DNA of 64,000 bases from Laetmonice hystrix (taxonomy: Eukaryota). Where the stretch lies: positions 14,818,001-14,882,000 of the forward strand of contig OZ249442.1 of NCBI GenBank assembly GCA_965235115.1, in the 5' to 3' direction. This document shows positions 50,483 to 62,263 of this stretch, one piece after another. Within the stretch, counting starts at the first letter, position 1. Each line of letters opens with the position of its first letter. A model generated the notes under the pieces. It had not been told where the DNA came from, did not search any database, and worked only from the letters and a program-made list of their open reading frames with translations. The position numbers were made by a program, and so were the translations under genes.

Positions 50483-53400
50483 ATGAACGAAGAGAGTGAT
50501 ATATTGAAAAGCTTTGACTTCGAGTCTCCACAACATTGTGGGACCGTGTTGTCTGGCCTGAATAGCCTGCGCCACAAGAAGCTCCTGTTCGACGTGACCC
50601 TGATTGTGGACCGACAGCGGTTCCAGGCGCACCGGGTCGTCCTGGCATCATGTAGTGACTACTTCAGGTCAGTGAACTCCCTTCATAATCATACGCATTA
50701 TAGCATCTTGTTAATCCGTCAGTGGCTGTCATCAAGAAATTGAAAAAATGACCATCGATGGCGTGCAGAACGCCCTGAAATCATCCTGAGGATTTTCATA
50801 GTAAACAATACTTACCGTGATTACTGATGTGTTTATGTGTCTGGAAAGACAGCCACGTTTTCTGACGTGTCTACAGAAGCCATTTTTACTGATAAGCTTA
50901 TGACCATGTTTTCTATGTGTTTACAGAGCCGTTTTTACTGATAAGCTTATGACTATGTTTTCTATGTGTTTACAGAGCCGTTTTTACTGATAAGCTTATG
51001 ACCATGTTTTCTATGTGTTTACAGAACCATGTTTACTGATAAGCTTATGACCATGTTTTCTATGTGTTTACAGAGCCGTTTTTACTGATAAGCTTATGAC
51101 TATGTTTTCTATGTGTTTACAGAGCCATGTTTACAGATGCAATGCGGGAATGTCACGAGGAGGAGATCTGCCTGAATGGTGTGACAGCAGTTGGAGTGCG
51201 ACACCTACTGGACTATGCCTACACTAGTCGCCTCAAGCTGGATCTTGGTATGCTATCTTTTCAGTCGGCCTAAGTGTTCTAGAGGTATACGTATACCGTA
51301 TTTGATCGGGCAATAGCAACACTAAAGGGGAAAAAAACATTTCACAAGAGTTTTCTTTTAGGTCTGAATTATTTCAAAACGTAATAAAATTATATATTGC
51401 CTTGCGCATTGTGCCGAGATGGATTGAAAGGTCAAGGTACTTTCAGTAGGAATCTGCTGGGCCTTGGTCTCAGTTCTAAATGGCAGAATTGTGTCGGCTG
51501 ATATGTCTGGGACAAATACACTATCCAAGGCAGTCTCAGCCACATAATGGCTGACTCTGTCCCTGTCTCAAGGTCGTGACCGTGACCTCTGACCTCCGTT
51601 GACTTGGTGAAAAGTCACTGCGTGGACCACGAGTGGTCAGGATAATTGGGCATGAGGACCGGGGACTGTTGATGGGCATGGGGTGATAGGGGGTCATTAG
51701 CTCTGCCGGTCGTTGTTGAGGTGCAGTGGATATACCTGTCATTAACTGTTCTCCGGCTGTGCCAGCAACACCTGATGCCAGAGATACGTGAGTCATTAGT
51801 ACTTGGAGACAATGCTACCACAACCAGTCTTATATACCGGAGTTGTCTCGATCAGAAACACAACCCCATATGAATTTTAACTCTTCCTCCAGTTATAAAG
51901 CTACTCTAAGACGAGATCAGAGCTGATTGGTTTAGCTGCTTTAAAAAACATCTTTAAAAAATGTTTTAAAAAACATGGTTTGTAGGTGATGGCATAAACA
52001 TGGCGTATCTTATAATTTAGCAGCACTCTCTTTACTTTCAAATATCAGGTTTATCGAAGGTAATTTATTTTGATTGAAGATTGAATGGCAAGCCATCTGG
52101 GGTGGTTGTGACATATAATCTTGTAGAATCAATTACATGTATTAGGAAGGTGAGGAGAACTCGTGTGTCCCGTAATTTACCTACTGCCAATCCTTGCTGA
52201 ACCAATGTCAGCAAACCGACAATGTCGGGCGTATTCTCATGAAGTTGTGATGGAGCATCCTCTGTAATTGGTCGACAGTGGGAGCTGGTGGGCGCAGCTG
52301 ACAGAATGGTGCTTATCTGGGACGGGAAAATGGGTGTGTGTCATGAGTGCAGGCAGAAAGGTGGAGAGAGGGAGGCCTGCTGAATGTGTTTGAGGCAGAT
52401 ATTCTTGTCAATGTTGATAGCTGCTACTACCAACTACAGAAATTGAAATATTTCACTTCGCGATGTAAAGCCCCATCTAGAAAATTCATGGATTCCATTC
52501 CATCTAAAAAGATAGTTGTCCTGCTTCAACAGTAAACCTTTCGTTTTAGGAAAGCGTTGGTGTCGGAGTTGGCTTTGGCGAAGATACCTTATGTTATGCG
52601 AATTGGTGCTGTAATCTGGGAGCCCGGGTTCGATTTCAATAGGGTGCTCTATAATTTTCTCTTTCAAGACCCCCTGAAAGTTACGTTCCGAATGCCCGTG
52701 CATTAGGGTCCTACCTATCCTTTATAATACTAAATCCTCTGTATTTCCCCCCTCCTTCCAGGTAACATCCAGGCAGTGCTATCTGCCGCCAGTCACCTTC
52801 AGATCCTACCAGTCATCGACGCTTGTGCTGAGTTTCTCTTCAGCGAGATCGACCTGGAGAACTGCGTCGACATCGCCACCATCTCTGAGACCTACAGCCT
52901 TCTACCGCTGCGTAAGCACGCCTTCTGTTTCATGGCCCAGTGGCTGGACAAGCTGGCCTGTCTGATGGAGTTCCAGCGGCTGTCAGCTGGCCAGCTGGAG
53001 GGGCTCCTCAAGGGGACCTTCCCCGTCCACTGCCCGGAGGCCGACGTCCTCCAGGCCGTGATAACCTGGCTGCACCACGACCCGAACTCCAGAGGGCAGC
53101 ACCTTCACACCCTCCTCGACATGATCCACTTCAACAGGATTCCCCTTGCAGACCTTGTCCCAGTTTTAAACTCACCAAACTCTGAGAACCTGAAAGCGTG
53201 TTGTATTGAGTACAGGAATTATATAAAAACCGTTTCGAAACGCCATGAGTGCTGGGAGGCGTTCTGTGACACAGAGACGTCGGATGCCGGATTAGTTAAC
53301 CTCCGCGGCCTGCAGAGGGCGCTGGTGAACGTCGGCGGGTTTCAGTCATCCACGGGAGTAACCAATGGCCTGACTTACACCCACTGGGGTTCGCGGACCT

Positions 53401-54284
53401 GGCGACGTCTAACGAACATCCCCCACGTGGACCAGTCCAACTTCGGCATGGCCATCCTCAACAATGAAGTGTATGTCGTGGGAGGGGTGTTTTCTCAAAA
53501 TTCACTCCAAGAGACCATGCACCCGTTTGGATTCAAGTACAACCCACTCAAAAACCAGTGGACGACTATTGCTCCAATGCTGCAAGAACGGTGTGGGTTC
53601 TATCTGGGGGCCGTGGGCGGGCGGCTCTACGCCATCGGAGGGACTGGGGACCCGGACCAGCCGTTTGAGGAAGGCCAGTCAGAATGCTACGACCCTAGAT
53701 TCAACACTTGGTCTCACATTGCTGCCCTCCCAGCCGGGCACAGACAGTATGCAGGGGCTGTAATAGGCCCAGTGATTTACATCACGGGTGGCCTCGACTG
53801 GGACGTCGTCTCGAACGCTCTCTGGTGTTACAACACACTCACTAACACATGGGCACAGAAATGTGACCTTTTAACACCAAGGGCAGATCACGCCGTCGTT
53901 GCCCACAACAGGAATTTGTACATCGCAGGTGGTTGGAACGAGGATCTAGCAATAAACCACCGACTTATCGTGAACACTCTCGACAACTACAGTGAGGACT
54001 CCGACCAGTGGCAGACAGTGTCCCATTTGCCAAACCCGAGATATCTTTCAAGTCTAGTTTGCTCGAACAGTGTTTTATATTTCATTGGAGGGCGATGTAA
54101 CCTCAGTGGATTTTACAGTGCGTCCTCCCAGATGGACATGTACTCCCTGGAGGAGAAGGAATGGAGCAGGATGGAGGACTACCCCACTGAGATCTGGGAG
54201 CACGTCTCCTGTGAGCTCTATATTCCCGAGTGCAGGGAAGATATGGCCTTTACTCGGCCGTCAGAGACCGAGACCTCCTGCTAA
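50483..54284 (+). CDS. BTB-BACK-Kelch protein (KLHL9/13/26-clade-like Cullin-3 adaptor), 610 aa
   Basis: Exons 50483-50667 (acceptor at 50365, so a 5' UTR exon lies upstream), 51123-51247, 52762-54284 total 1833 nt; BTB motif FQAHRVVLASCSDYFRAMFT, BACK domain, six GG-containing kelch repeats. Exact orthology not assigned. Confidence 0.92.
50878..51122 (+). repeat. Minisatellite, 5 x 49 bp, each unit ending in a copy of the Kelch exon-3 acceptor
   Basis: Unit A(G/A)CC(G/A)T(T/G)TTTACTGATAAGCTTATGAC(C/T)ATGTTTTCTATGTGTTTACAG; AG ends at 50926, 50975, 51024, 51073, 51122. Confidence 0.95.
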
Positions 54285-55514
54285 GGAATAATCTCAAACG
54301 TTAGGAATGTACATTTTCATCAGGTGTCCCATGGGGCTTCATGTAGGCAGAGATTTGAGCGCATTGAGGAGCTTTTTATAATGTGTCAGAAAACAATCCA
54401 CGCAGCAACCTTTGAAACATTGTTGCTTTGTAACAAAAGAGGTGTGCTGAGGGGCCTTGTGTGGGGAAACAAGCGGATTTATAATTTGTTACCATGTAAC
54501 ATCAAACGGACTGGAGTTATCTTTTAAAATATTGTTACTGTGTAACATATTCTGATGTAAAGATGCCGGCTACCCGGGGGGGGGGGGGCTGTGGTGAGAT
54601 CATGTGGGAGCACAACAAACGACACAAATACATGTATTGACACTTTGAAATATATTGGTCTACCAGTTTCTGCTAAAATGATGCTGGTGTGGTCGGTATC
54701 GAGAGGAGTGTGTATTCGTTAAATGAAAGGCTTTTTGTGCTTTGCTCTAAAGATAACTGCATCTTGGTCTTCAGTGGTTCTCTAAAGTCAGTTACCTTGG
54801 AGACGTAGAACAGTGACTGATTCTCAGGCTATAGAAACTTACAAAGCATGGCTCATAATGCTACTTGAATAGAAAGTGAGGAACGAAATAAAGAAATGTC
54901 CAGAGTGGGGTTTCTAAATTTCCATAGTACCGGTAGTTCCATGCCGTTGTCACAGCAGAGGTAGTGTGATATGGAACAGACCAGGTTCCAGGTTACATTT
55001 ATATATTTGTCTTTCACATTTGTACCTCATTGACTGTCATTATGTGTAAATTATGTGTGTTTTTATATTTTTTCCCTACGTTTTTTTGTGAGGGAAATTA
55101 TGAAATGATGTAAACTTTATAACAGCCAAGTTTGTCGAGCTATTTTACTACGTACTGAAAGGCAGTTCAGATCAGAGTAGCGTTTTACCAATTTAAAAAA
55201 AGAGTATTTGCACTTTTCCAGTCCACTGATTACTCTGGAACACACTGTATCGTCGTTACTACCAATACTTACAAATACAAACAAGTTCATCTACTCATCT
55301 AGTACAGTCTCGTTATACGAGTTCACCTTCAAAAGTCTTACGGTAGCAGGCCAGGAAATTTGACCTTTACGGTCGTGTTCGAAGGTTTAATACATGTAAG
55401 TTTTTGCCCGTGTTAACAAAATTACAAGTGATATTCCATAACTGAAGAGTCAAGAACGTTTTTGTTGTATGTTTGAAAATAAATATTTTGTGCGAAGCGT
55501 ACAATTATGGACTC

Positions 55515-55770
55515 TTCATTAGCCCCCAACCTGAAGGGGTGGGGGCTTCTAATTTACCCTCCGTCCGTATGTCTGTACGTGGCTCAGTCCGTCCGTGTAT
55601 TTGGCAATTTGTATGAAACTATAATTACACAATGATCTAGGACGACATATGCCATAACTACTTAAGTCGTTCAAATACTTTAGTATGGCTGAGGGATAAA
55701 CTTTAGGGTTGATTTTCTCAATTTCACAATAATATTTTGCAGAGAGAGGGTCGTACAAAGGTCACCTATT
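55515..55770. mobile_element. Helentron-associated (pearl/HINE-like) non-autonomous element fragment
   Basis: Hairpin AGCCCCC...GGGGGCT (55521-55547) followed by a (CCGT/GTCT)n-type microsatellite. Confidence 0.5.
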
Positions 55771-56319
55771 CGATAATTCATTACGAGAACCACATAACAC
55801 GAATGATGGATAAAGACGTACACAGACTTCGACGGGATCTTGTTATTTTTAATTAATCCTCACAGCCAGCGACAGGTTCCATGGTACCTGAGTATACCTG
55901 AGTCATTATAGTACTTGGAAAGACCGCTTCCCCCTCCCCCCGGCCGTTTATCTTGTACAGAAGCCCACCGGAATGACGTCACATGAGACGCTTGACAGGC
56001 GTCGAGCAGACGACTAATTGATCTGGCCTCTCTGGCGCAAAAGTGCATCATTTCCTGGAAGTGTGAGGCTAGATCATTGGGAACGAAAGGTAGCAGGAAT
56101 GTGGGATACACAATTTGATATGCACCCCGTAATAAATTAGCTGTTCAACTACTAGAAAAAAAACCGTTATTTTTAACGTGGCAATTTGTATATACATATT
56201 TTACAAGGTCGGGTGGACTCCGTAGAACCGGTGGGTTGTTCCAAATAAGTAGGTTCATTTGACCTTAGCGAAGCCAACCCATCCAAAGAATTCGCCCGAG
56301 GTGGTACATCCTCCGTTAG

Positions 56320-56460
56320 CCTAAACCCCACGAAATTTAGTCTGAAGTAAAGATCCATAGCCCTGACCTTATCCCTAATCCCAAACCCCGGTCCCTATTC
56401 CTATCCCTATCCCTATCACTGACCTTAACCCGAACCCCTACCAAAAAAATCGTGGATCCC
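56320..56460 (-). repeat. Second copy (inverted, partial) of the 31086-31285 family
   Basis: Reverse complement shares ATAAGGTCAGGGC(C/T)ATGGATCTTTACTT...AAATTTCGTGG and the GGGATA array. Confidence 0.7.
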
Positions 56461-56479
56461 TATAGCAGTTGTGGGGGGG

Positions 56480-56810
56480 GGGGGGGGGGGGGGACTTGCG
56501 CGCTTGGACCAACTCGCCGGGAGTCGGTGGGCTCGGCGACTCGAAAATATCGAACATGTTTCATTCGAGTCGCCGCCCCAATCGGCCGAGATCGCCGGAG
56601 TCGGTGAGTCGTTTACAAAAATCGCTGGACCTGCGCTACACCTACCGATACCCAATCGCCGGGAATCGCCGGCAGAAATCGCCAGAGATACACAGACCGA
56701 TTTCCGGCCGATTTTGAGATACGGCCGATTTTTCTCCATAGGAAAATATCGGCTGCGTAGATCTATAGGCCTAGGCCCTATCTATCTAAATCGGCCTGTG
56801 TAGCCTATAT
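56480..56810. repeat. GC-rich MITE fragment with AATCGCCG/ATCGGCCG subterminal repeats
   Basis: Multiple AATCGCC(G), GAGTCG and CGGCCGATT motifs; only one recognisable end (GGCCTGTGTAGCC). Confidence 0.45.
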
Positions 56811-58239
56811 CCATAGGCTATCTGGGCCTTTATACTTATAAATGCGTTATGGTGCCCCAGTGCTCATTGTGCCCCGGTTTTCCCTAACCTATAGGCCTAA
56901 ATGATCAGATTCAGATAGGTAAAACTTCTCCAAGGCATTCAGGCACGCGTGTTCACACAGACTGTGAACCCGACAGGTGATCAACGAGGCAAGTAATCGT
57001 GTAGTGGGAATGACTGATACTACCAGGATTGCTGGTTTCTGCTGATAGATTGCATTGATTTGGTTTGTAAGCCGCCCTTCCGGCGACTGAGTGGACAAAG
57101 CCCACTGGGGGACGCTACAGGTCACGGATGGTTCAAATTTTCGACAGCAGTGGGCGCTTTTGATCGCGTTTCGCCCACTCGGAACACCGACGCTGCTTCT
57201 GATTGGCTGTTTCTAGGTCATATCCGGAGGCGAAGCAGGCCTCGGATGTATGAAGCGGCCATTTTCCCGTTTTTCGTGCAAAGTAGTGTAAAGCGGTCGC
57301 ACATGAACACAGAGAGTAAACAGTCGACCCCTACGCACAGGCACATAGGCCTAGTTTAAATATAATTTCTCAGCATACCTGTACCTCGAATTTTCTATCG
57401 TGGAGACAAAACAGTCTCTTCTTCACCTGGGAGGAAACCCAGATATTCTGACTTTGTATAAAGTCCGACACTAGGGAGTTCTACATTTTCGGCACGGCGG
57501 CAGCGCGCGAGTTTGTTGTTTACATCCGGGTCAGTGGTCCCGACCTAGCCACCCACCCACCCCACCCCCCAGCATGGGAACCTTCGTCGTACAGCCGAGA
57601 TATGACGGAGTCAATCGTGGGTGAGCCGAGTGCGTTTCGCCCTGACAGTGTGCCACATGCGGTCTTGGCACTTGGTGATGATTTTCTACAGTGATCTAGA
57701 AAAATCTAGCAAGTCCACTTTGCCTCATTTTGAGAAAACGGGGACAAACAAACCATTCCCCCATTGAGGTGGACGCTAGGGTTTTCCAGTTTAACAACTA
57801 TGAATTGCGTAGAGTTCTGATCACGTGAATAGGACTATTTATGAAAGGGCAAAACCTAGTTAGTCCAAAAATGAATCTAACTCAAATTGGACAAAAACTC
57901 GACTTATAGGCCGTGAGCCAGACCCTTAAATTTTGGCTACCGGTACCAACTGGGGAGAATAAACCTCGTGTTGATTTCTAGTTAGGTATAATCATGTAGT
58001 CGGGAAATGGTTGATAGCAGTCCAAACATGGTAGCTTCACTTTTATGAGGAGTCACTGCCTCACTGCGCCAGAAAAGCTTTATTTATTTATTTCCCCTGC
58101 CCTTCCCCCCCCCCCCCACCCCCATCCGTCTAAAAGTAGGCCTACACTAGGCTACATGCCTAGCAGGAAGGGACTATTGCCCGGCGCCTGTCCCTTACGA
58201 GGCAGAGCGGTCTGGCATAGGCCCCCCTATGCTAACTGA

Positions 58240-58547
58240 GGGCGTGTTTGTTTCACGCACTGGTTCCGTGAACTTGACCGCGATCGCTGACCTGGCTGTT
58301 TGTTTTCGTCGGTTCACTGATCGGGATCCTTGACCCGCTGATCCTGCTGGCGAGGTGGGTCAGCCCGGGATCCAAAATGGCGGACGATCAGTTCAAAAGG
58401 AAACTGATCGCGATCACTGACCTGGCCGTTGGTTTTCGTAGGTTCACTGAGAGTGAACCAGGTTGGGTGCAGTAGCTTTTGTTTGCAAAATTAGGTCAGT
58501 GATCGCGATCCGGGTTCGCGGAACCTGCGCGTGAAACAAACACGCCC
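58240..58547. mobile_element. 308-bp PIF/Harbinger (Tourist-like) MITE
   Basis: TIR GGGCGTGTTTGTTTCACGC; flanks TGA / TTA (TWA-type TSD, one mismatch); internal direct repeat of about 40 bp; contains the YY1-type motif AAAATGGCG. Confidence 0.8.
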
Positions 58548-60429
58548 TTAGTGCCACCGACATCGATAGTATTACCGCTCCCCCTACCGACAGGCAGACG
58601 AACTATTCATTGGCGCGGCATTATTCCGCGCCTCTCATTTCCACCATCGGGTGCCAGTGACTGGCGCTGCTCGGACAACATAATTGCCGCGGTACCCCGC
58701 CCTCTACATGTAATACTCGCGGTCGGCTGACGATAGCCGTCTCTATATACGCCGGTGAACGTCGATCAGTGGAGACAAATCCAGTAGCTGGGATGATTGA
58801 TTAAGTCCACAGATCGCAACGGAGGAGGACGGTAAGTCGTCTTTTGTTGATATCAACCCTGGGCTTGGACATGCAGGATGAGGGCTAAACCTATAGCCTA
58901 CCCAATCCTGGAAACATAGGTTACCTAGGCTATAGATCTATAGGCCTATTATGACCTAGGGCAAATCCATCGTGACTGGCGTTAAAAGTTTGAGGGTTAT
59001 GTGAAAAAGAAAATTGTACAGCTGTCAATGCCATTAATTGTTTAGCTGCAATTTTTGTGGCTTGCTATAGACCTAGATCTACTTGGCCCTTGCCTGACAT
59101 GGAGATAATGTCAATTCATCATTAGCTCCATGTTTCTTTTGTGGCTGACGTTACGAAAAAATGGAGTTCTTTGTTGCTGTCTAAATGTCCATAATGGGCC
59201 ACCCTAGAAGCTACAACAATATTGTTTGAATAATTTGCATTTTACCAATGAGTAGGGTACACATGTCCAAAATTACACATGAACATATTAAACCCTTTCC
59301 AGAAGTTGGATAATGCCCTATTTAAGCCAGCATGACAATGACTGTTTGCTGCTTGAAATTGTTGGAATTTGGTAGGTTAATAACAAATATGTTACGTTTG
59401 AACTGAAATAGTTTGTAAACTTCGCAACATGTATGCTTAGCCCGAGCCTGGAGCTTAGACAAGCCAGACATGCCTTTAAGACGCATTCGGGATTCCCTCG
59501 GGCATATGACGTCATGACCGTGGGATGCCAATCAGAAGCAGCGTCGGTCGTTCCGAGTGGTATTGATGCTGCGGGCAACGATGAACATCTTCCGGATTCG
59601 CGGATTTCAACATTTTTGAGACTGAAATACCGTATGTGTTAAAATCCCACTTCAGTACCACCGGATACACAAAAATGCACTAAATTTGTGTCAGATTCAT
59701 AAGTTTCCGCGATCTGTTGGAACTACTTAGCAGGACGGTAGAACATGAGTAGTGTATCCTGGTCCCCTGCCTACCAGACTGTCTGGCAGAAAACCGCGAA
59801 ACGGAAGTGATCAAACTCCAAGCACTTCCGCTTCCGTTCCGTTGGTCAGCGTTAACGGAGTGACCGACCTCTGTTTGGAGATTGGCCAACATGAGTATGC
59901 AGACCATAGCAGGTGTGGGGACCAATGACCCTATAGATGTTTACATCCAGAAAAGCGAGGACATTTAACACTTGCATTTTAAAGTGATTGACGAAAATAT
60001 CTGTATACTTCTAGATAGGCCTACGGAGGGTACGGAACTACCTCGTCTGGGGCCATGTTTTTTGATAGGCCAATCACAGCGCTCTCTTCGATTAGCCTTC
60101 ACCAGGGCAGTAGTGAGATAGTATACGTAGTCAATATATAGACCTAGGGACCAGGCTAATGAGCAATGATGTGACGTCACCGGCGTTTTACGCATGTATA
60201 GCTTTGGGCCTGTCTTACATCCGAGGGTATTTCTCAACCGGAAATGAAATGACCTCGGACGTTTCGATTGGATGTGACCCTGACAGTGGCTCAGTGGGAC
60301 CGAAACCGATCTTCGCGTCCTAGAGGCTACTATTTCGAATGTTAATTCGCTGCCTTTTACAATCAAATAGGCCTATGCGTTTTACATCGGCGTACGAGAA
60401 GGCGATCCACAGACCCCTCACTTAAAAAG

Positions 60430-60830
60430 AAGTGCGTGTCCATGTCCCCCAGCTTTCAGCTTTAAAAACAATTTAAAGACCCGTAGCATCATTTCAAGGT
60501 ATAAATACTTTATAAAAGCGTTTCGTGGCAGTTTGAATGCCTGCAGCTCTTTGGTTATCTGTGTGGCTCTGTGTGTGAAGATCTCTCGACTCAAGGGATT
60601 GGGACCCGTGAAGCACGCTGAAGAGTTTCGCTCAACTATAAAGTCCAGAATACACGGTTTTGCAAGAATGACTGGTTGAAGGCACCCTTTGTATCCTGAG
60701 AGAGCCCACCATTCTTTGTCCAATGGTATAATTCAATGCTGGTTCCCTCATATAATAATGTTATATTAGCGCCCTCGGCAGCTCCGTTGGCCTTTCCCCT
60801 CTGGCTCCATGGATACTCGATGTGAAGCAA
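60430..60830 (-). pseudogene. Possible decayed Gypsy-type integrase fragment
   Basis: Frameshifted peptides ..KANGAAEGANITLL.. and ..VERNSSACFTGPNP.. resemble the integrase-core motifs NG.AER.N.TL and YN.S.H..TG.SP; the resemblance is weak and was not searched. Confidence 0.3.
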
Positions 60831-61468
60831 GGGTTCAGGTGGTTCTAAAATTTCCCAGGCAGGAGTGAGCCCGTCCCTTCCTGGTCAACTGCATGGAGAA
60901 CATCCCCACCTTCCTCCTCCCCCATATCCCCCCAAGCTAGACGGGAACCGCTCTTTTTAGAATTAGCTTTTGGTCGGGCGTAGTAAAAGCCGAGCGTATA
61001 GTGAATTTCTAATCGTTGAGTGTAATGTCCAGGGTAATTATTCAGATTAGTCTATATCCTGACCTATCTGGTGCCTATCTATATAGGTTTGTTGAGGTGA
61101 AGATTTGAGGGATTGGTAGGCATGCCTCTATTAGGGCTCCACTGATTATTGAGAGGTGCGCAGACAGGGAGTGCTAACTAATTGGACTGGGTTGGAGGAC
61201 CCTCGAATGGAAGCCCGGGTGTTGGGCACAGGAGCACAGCCGCCAATCAGTTGACACTCCTGTCTGTGACAGGAATCGGAAAGTCGAATCAGGGTCACGT
61301 TGAACTGCCATAATTCCACACGACGTGGTGTTGTATAGGATTGGCACCTTGTTATTATACGCGAATAATATCTGGTATAGTACGGTGGCCCATATAGGAC
61401 ATGCGATTAAAATTTATGCTATTTATAATTTTAAAAATAGATCTTTTCTTGTAAAGCTAATTTCTTTT

Positions 61469-61923
61469 CTCCCGAATTCCCACCGCGGTGGTAATTATTA
61501 GCACCGCGGTAGTAATTATTCCCATTTCTTTAACTTCCGACACCACTGCATGGTTGTAGAAAATGTAGGGCCTGTGTGTCCTGCTCTGCATGGTGTCATG
61601 GATTTCACAAATGTCAAAGTCCGGGAAGATCGGGGCGATGTCGGGATAGAATATCATAGAACGCAACGTGATCGTAATCAGTGGAGGCCGATGTGTTGTC
61701 GGCAGCATTGACAACACTAGACACTAGAAACACTAGAAATGACGGCTGCTATTTGTAAAATCCAGAACGAGGCAATGATCACGTGACCCCCGGTGTGATT
61801 CTTCCCACCGCGGTGGTAGGCCTAATTATTCCCACCGCGGTAATTATTTCCACCCAGATGAATTATTACCACCGTGGTGGTAATTATTACCACCGCGGCA
61901 AGAAAAATTGGGAGCGGTGGGAG
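61469..61923. repeat. Foldback-like element with palindromic CCACCGCGGTGG / AATTATT modules at both ends
   Basis: Six CCACCG(C/T)GG-type units (two left, four right), imperfect inverted ends CTCCC...GGGAG, unique core of about 280 bp. Confidence 0.6.
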
Positions 61924-62263
61924 CGAAACATGAATGTGCAACACACCCTCGAGTCTTGTAGAGCGTGGTGCAGTTTCTTTTTGTTAAATAATTAATATTG
62001 CACAGCATGTAAAACAGTAAAATAAATCCAGTCACAGAGTTTGTCGAAGTTCATTATTTATTTGATCCTGTGGGCCTGGTTATAGAGGTAAGTGGCACTC
62101 TTTGCAGCTTTGAGTTCATCTTTTGTATAGGTTTGAAGTAACTGCCCTTGTATCGTCGATATCGCCGGGAGTCTCCTGATTTGGAGAGTTATTTTCCAAC
62201 CTTCCGATTAATAGTTAAAATCTCCCGATATCAAAGTTCACGAATGGGCACCGCTGAGCGCTA

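Noticed and set aside
50878-51122. Regularly spaced repeats considered as a CRISPR array
   Set aside because: Head-to-tail tandem units with no unique spacers, inside a eukaryotic intron, no cas genes.
52434-52703. Fragments reminiscent of Penelope-like reverse transcriptase (MESMNFLD)
   Set aside because: Short motif in a different frame from the ORF; insufficient support.
60548-60560. TCTTTGGTTATCT, identical to the first 13 nt of miR-9
   Set aside because: The match stops after 13 nt and no complementary arm lies within pre-miRNA distance.
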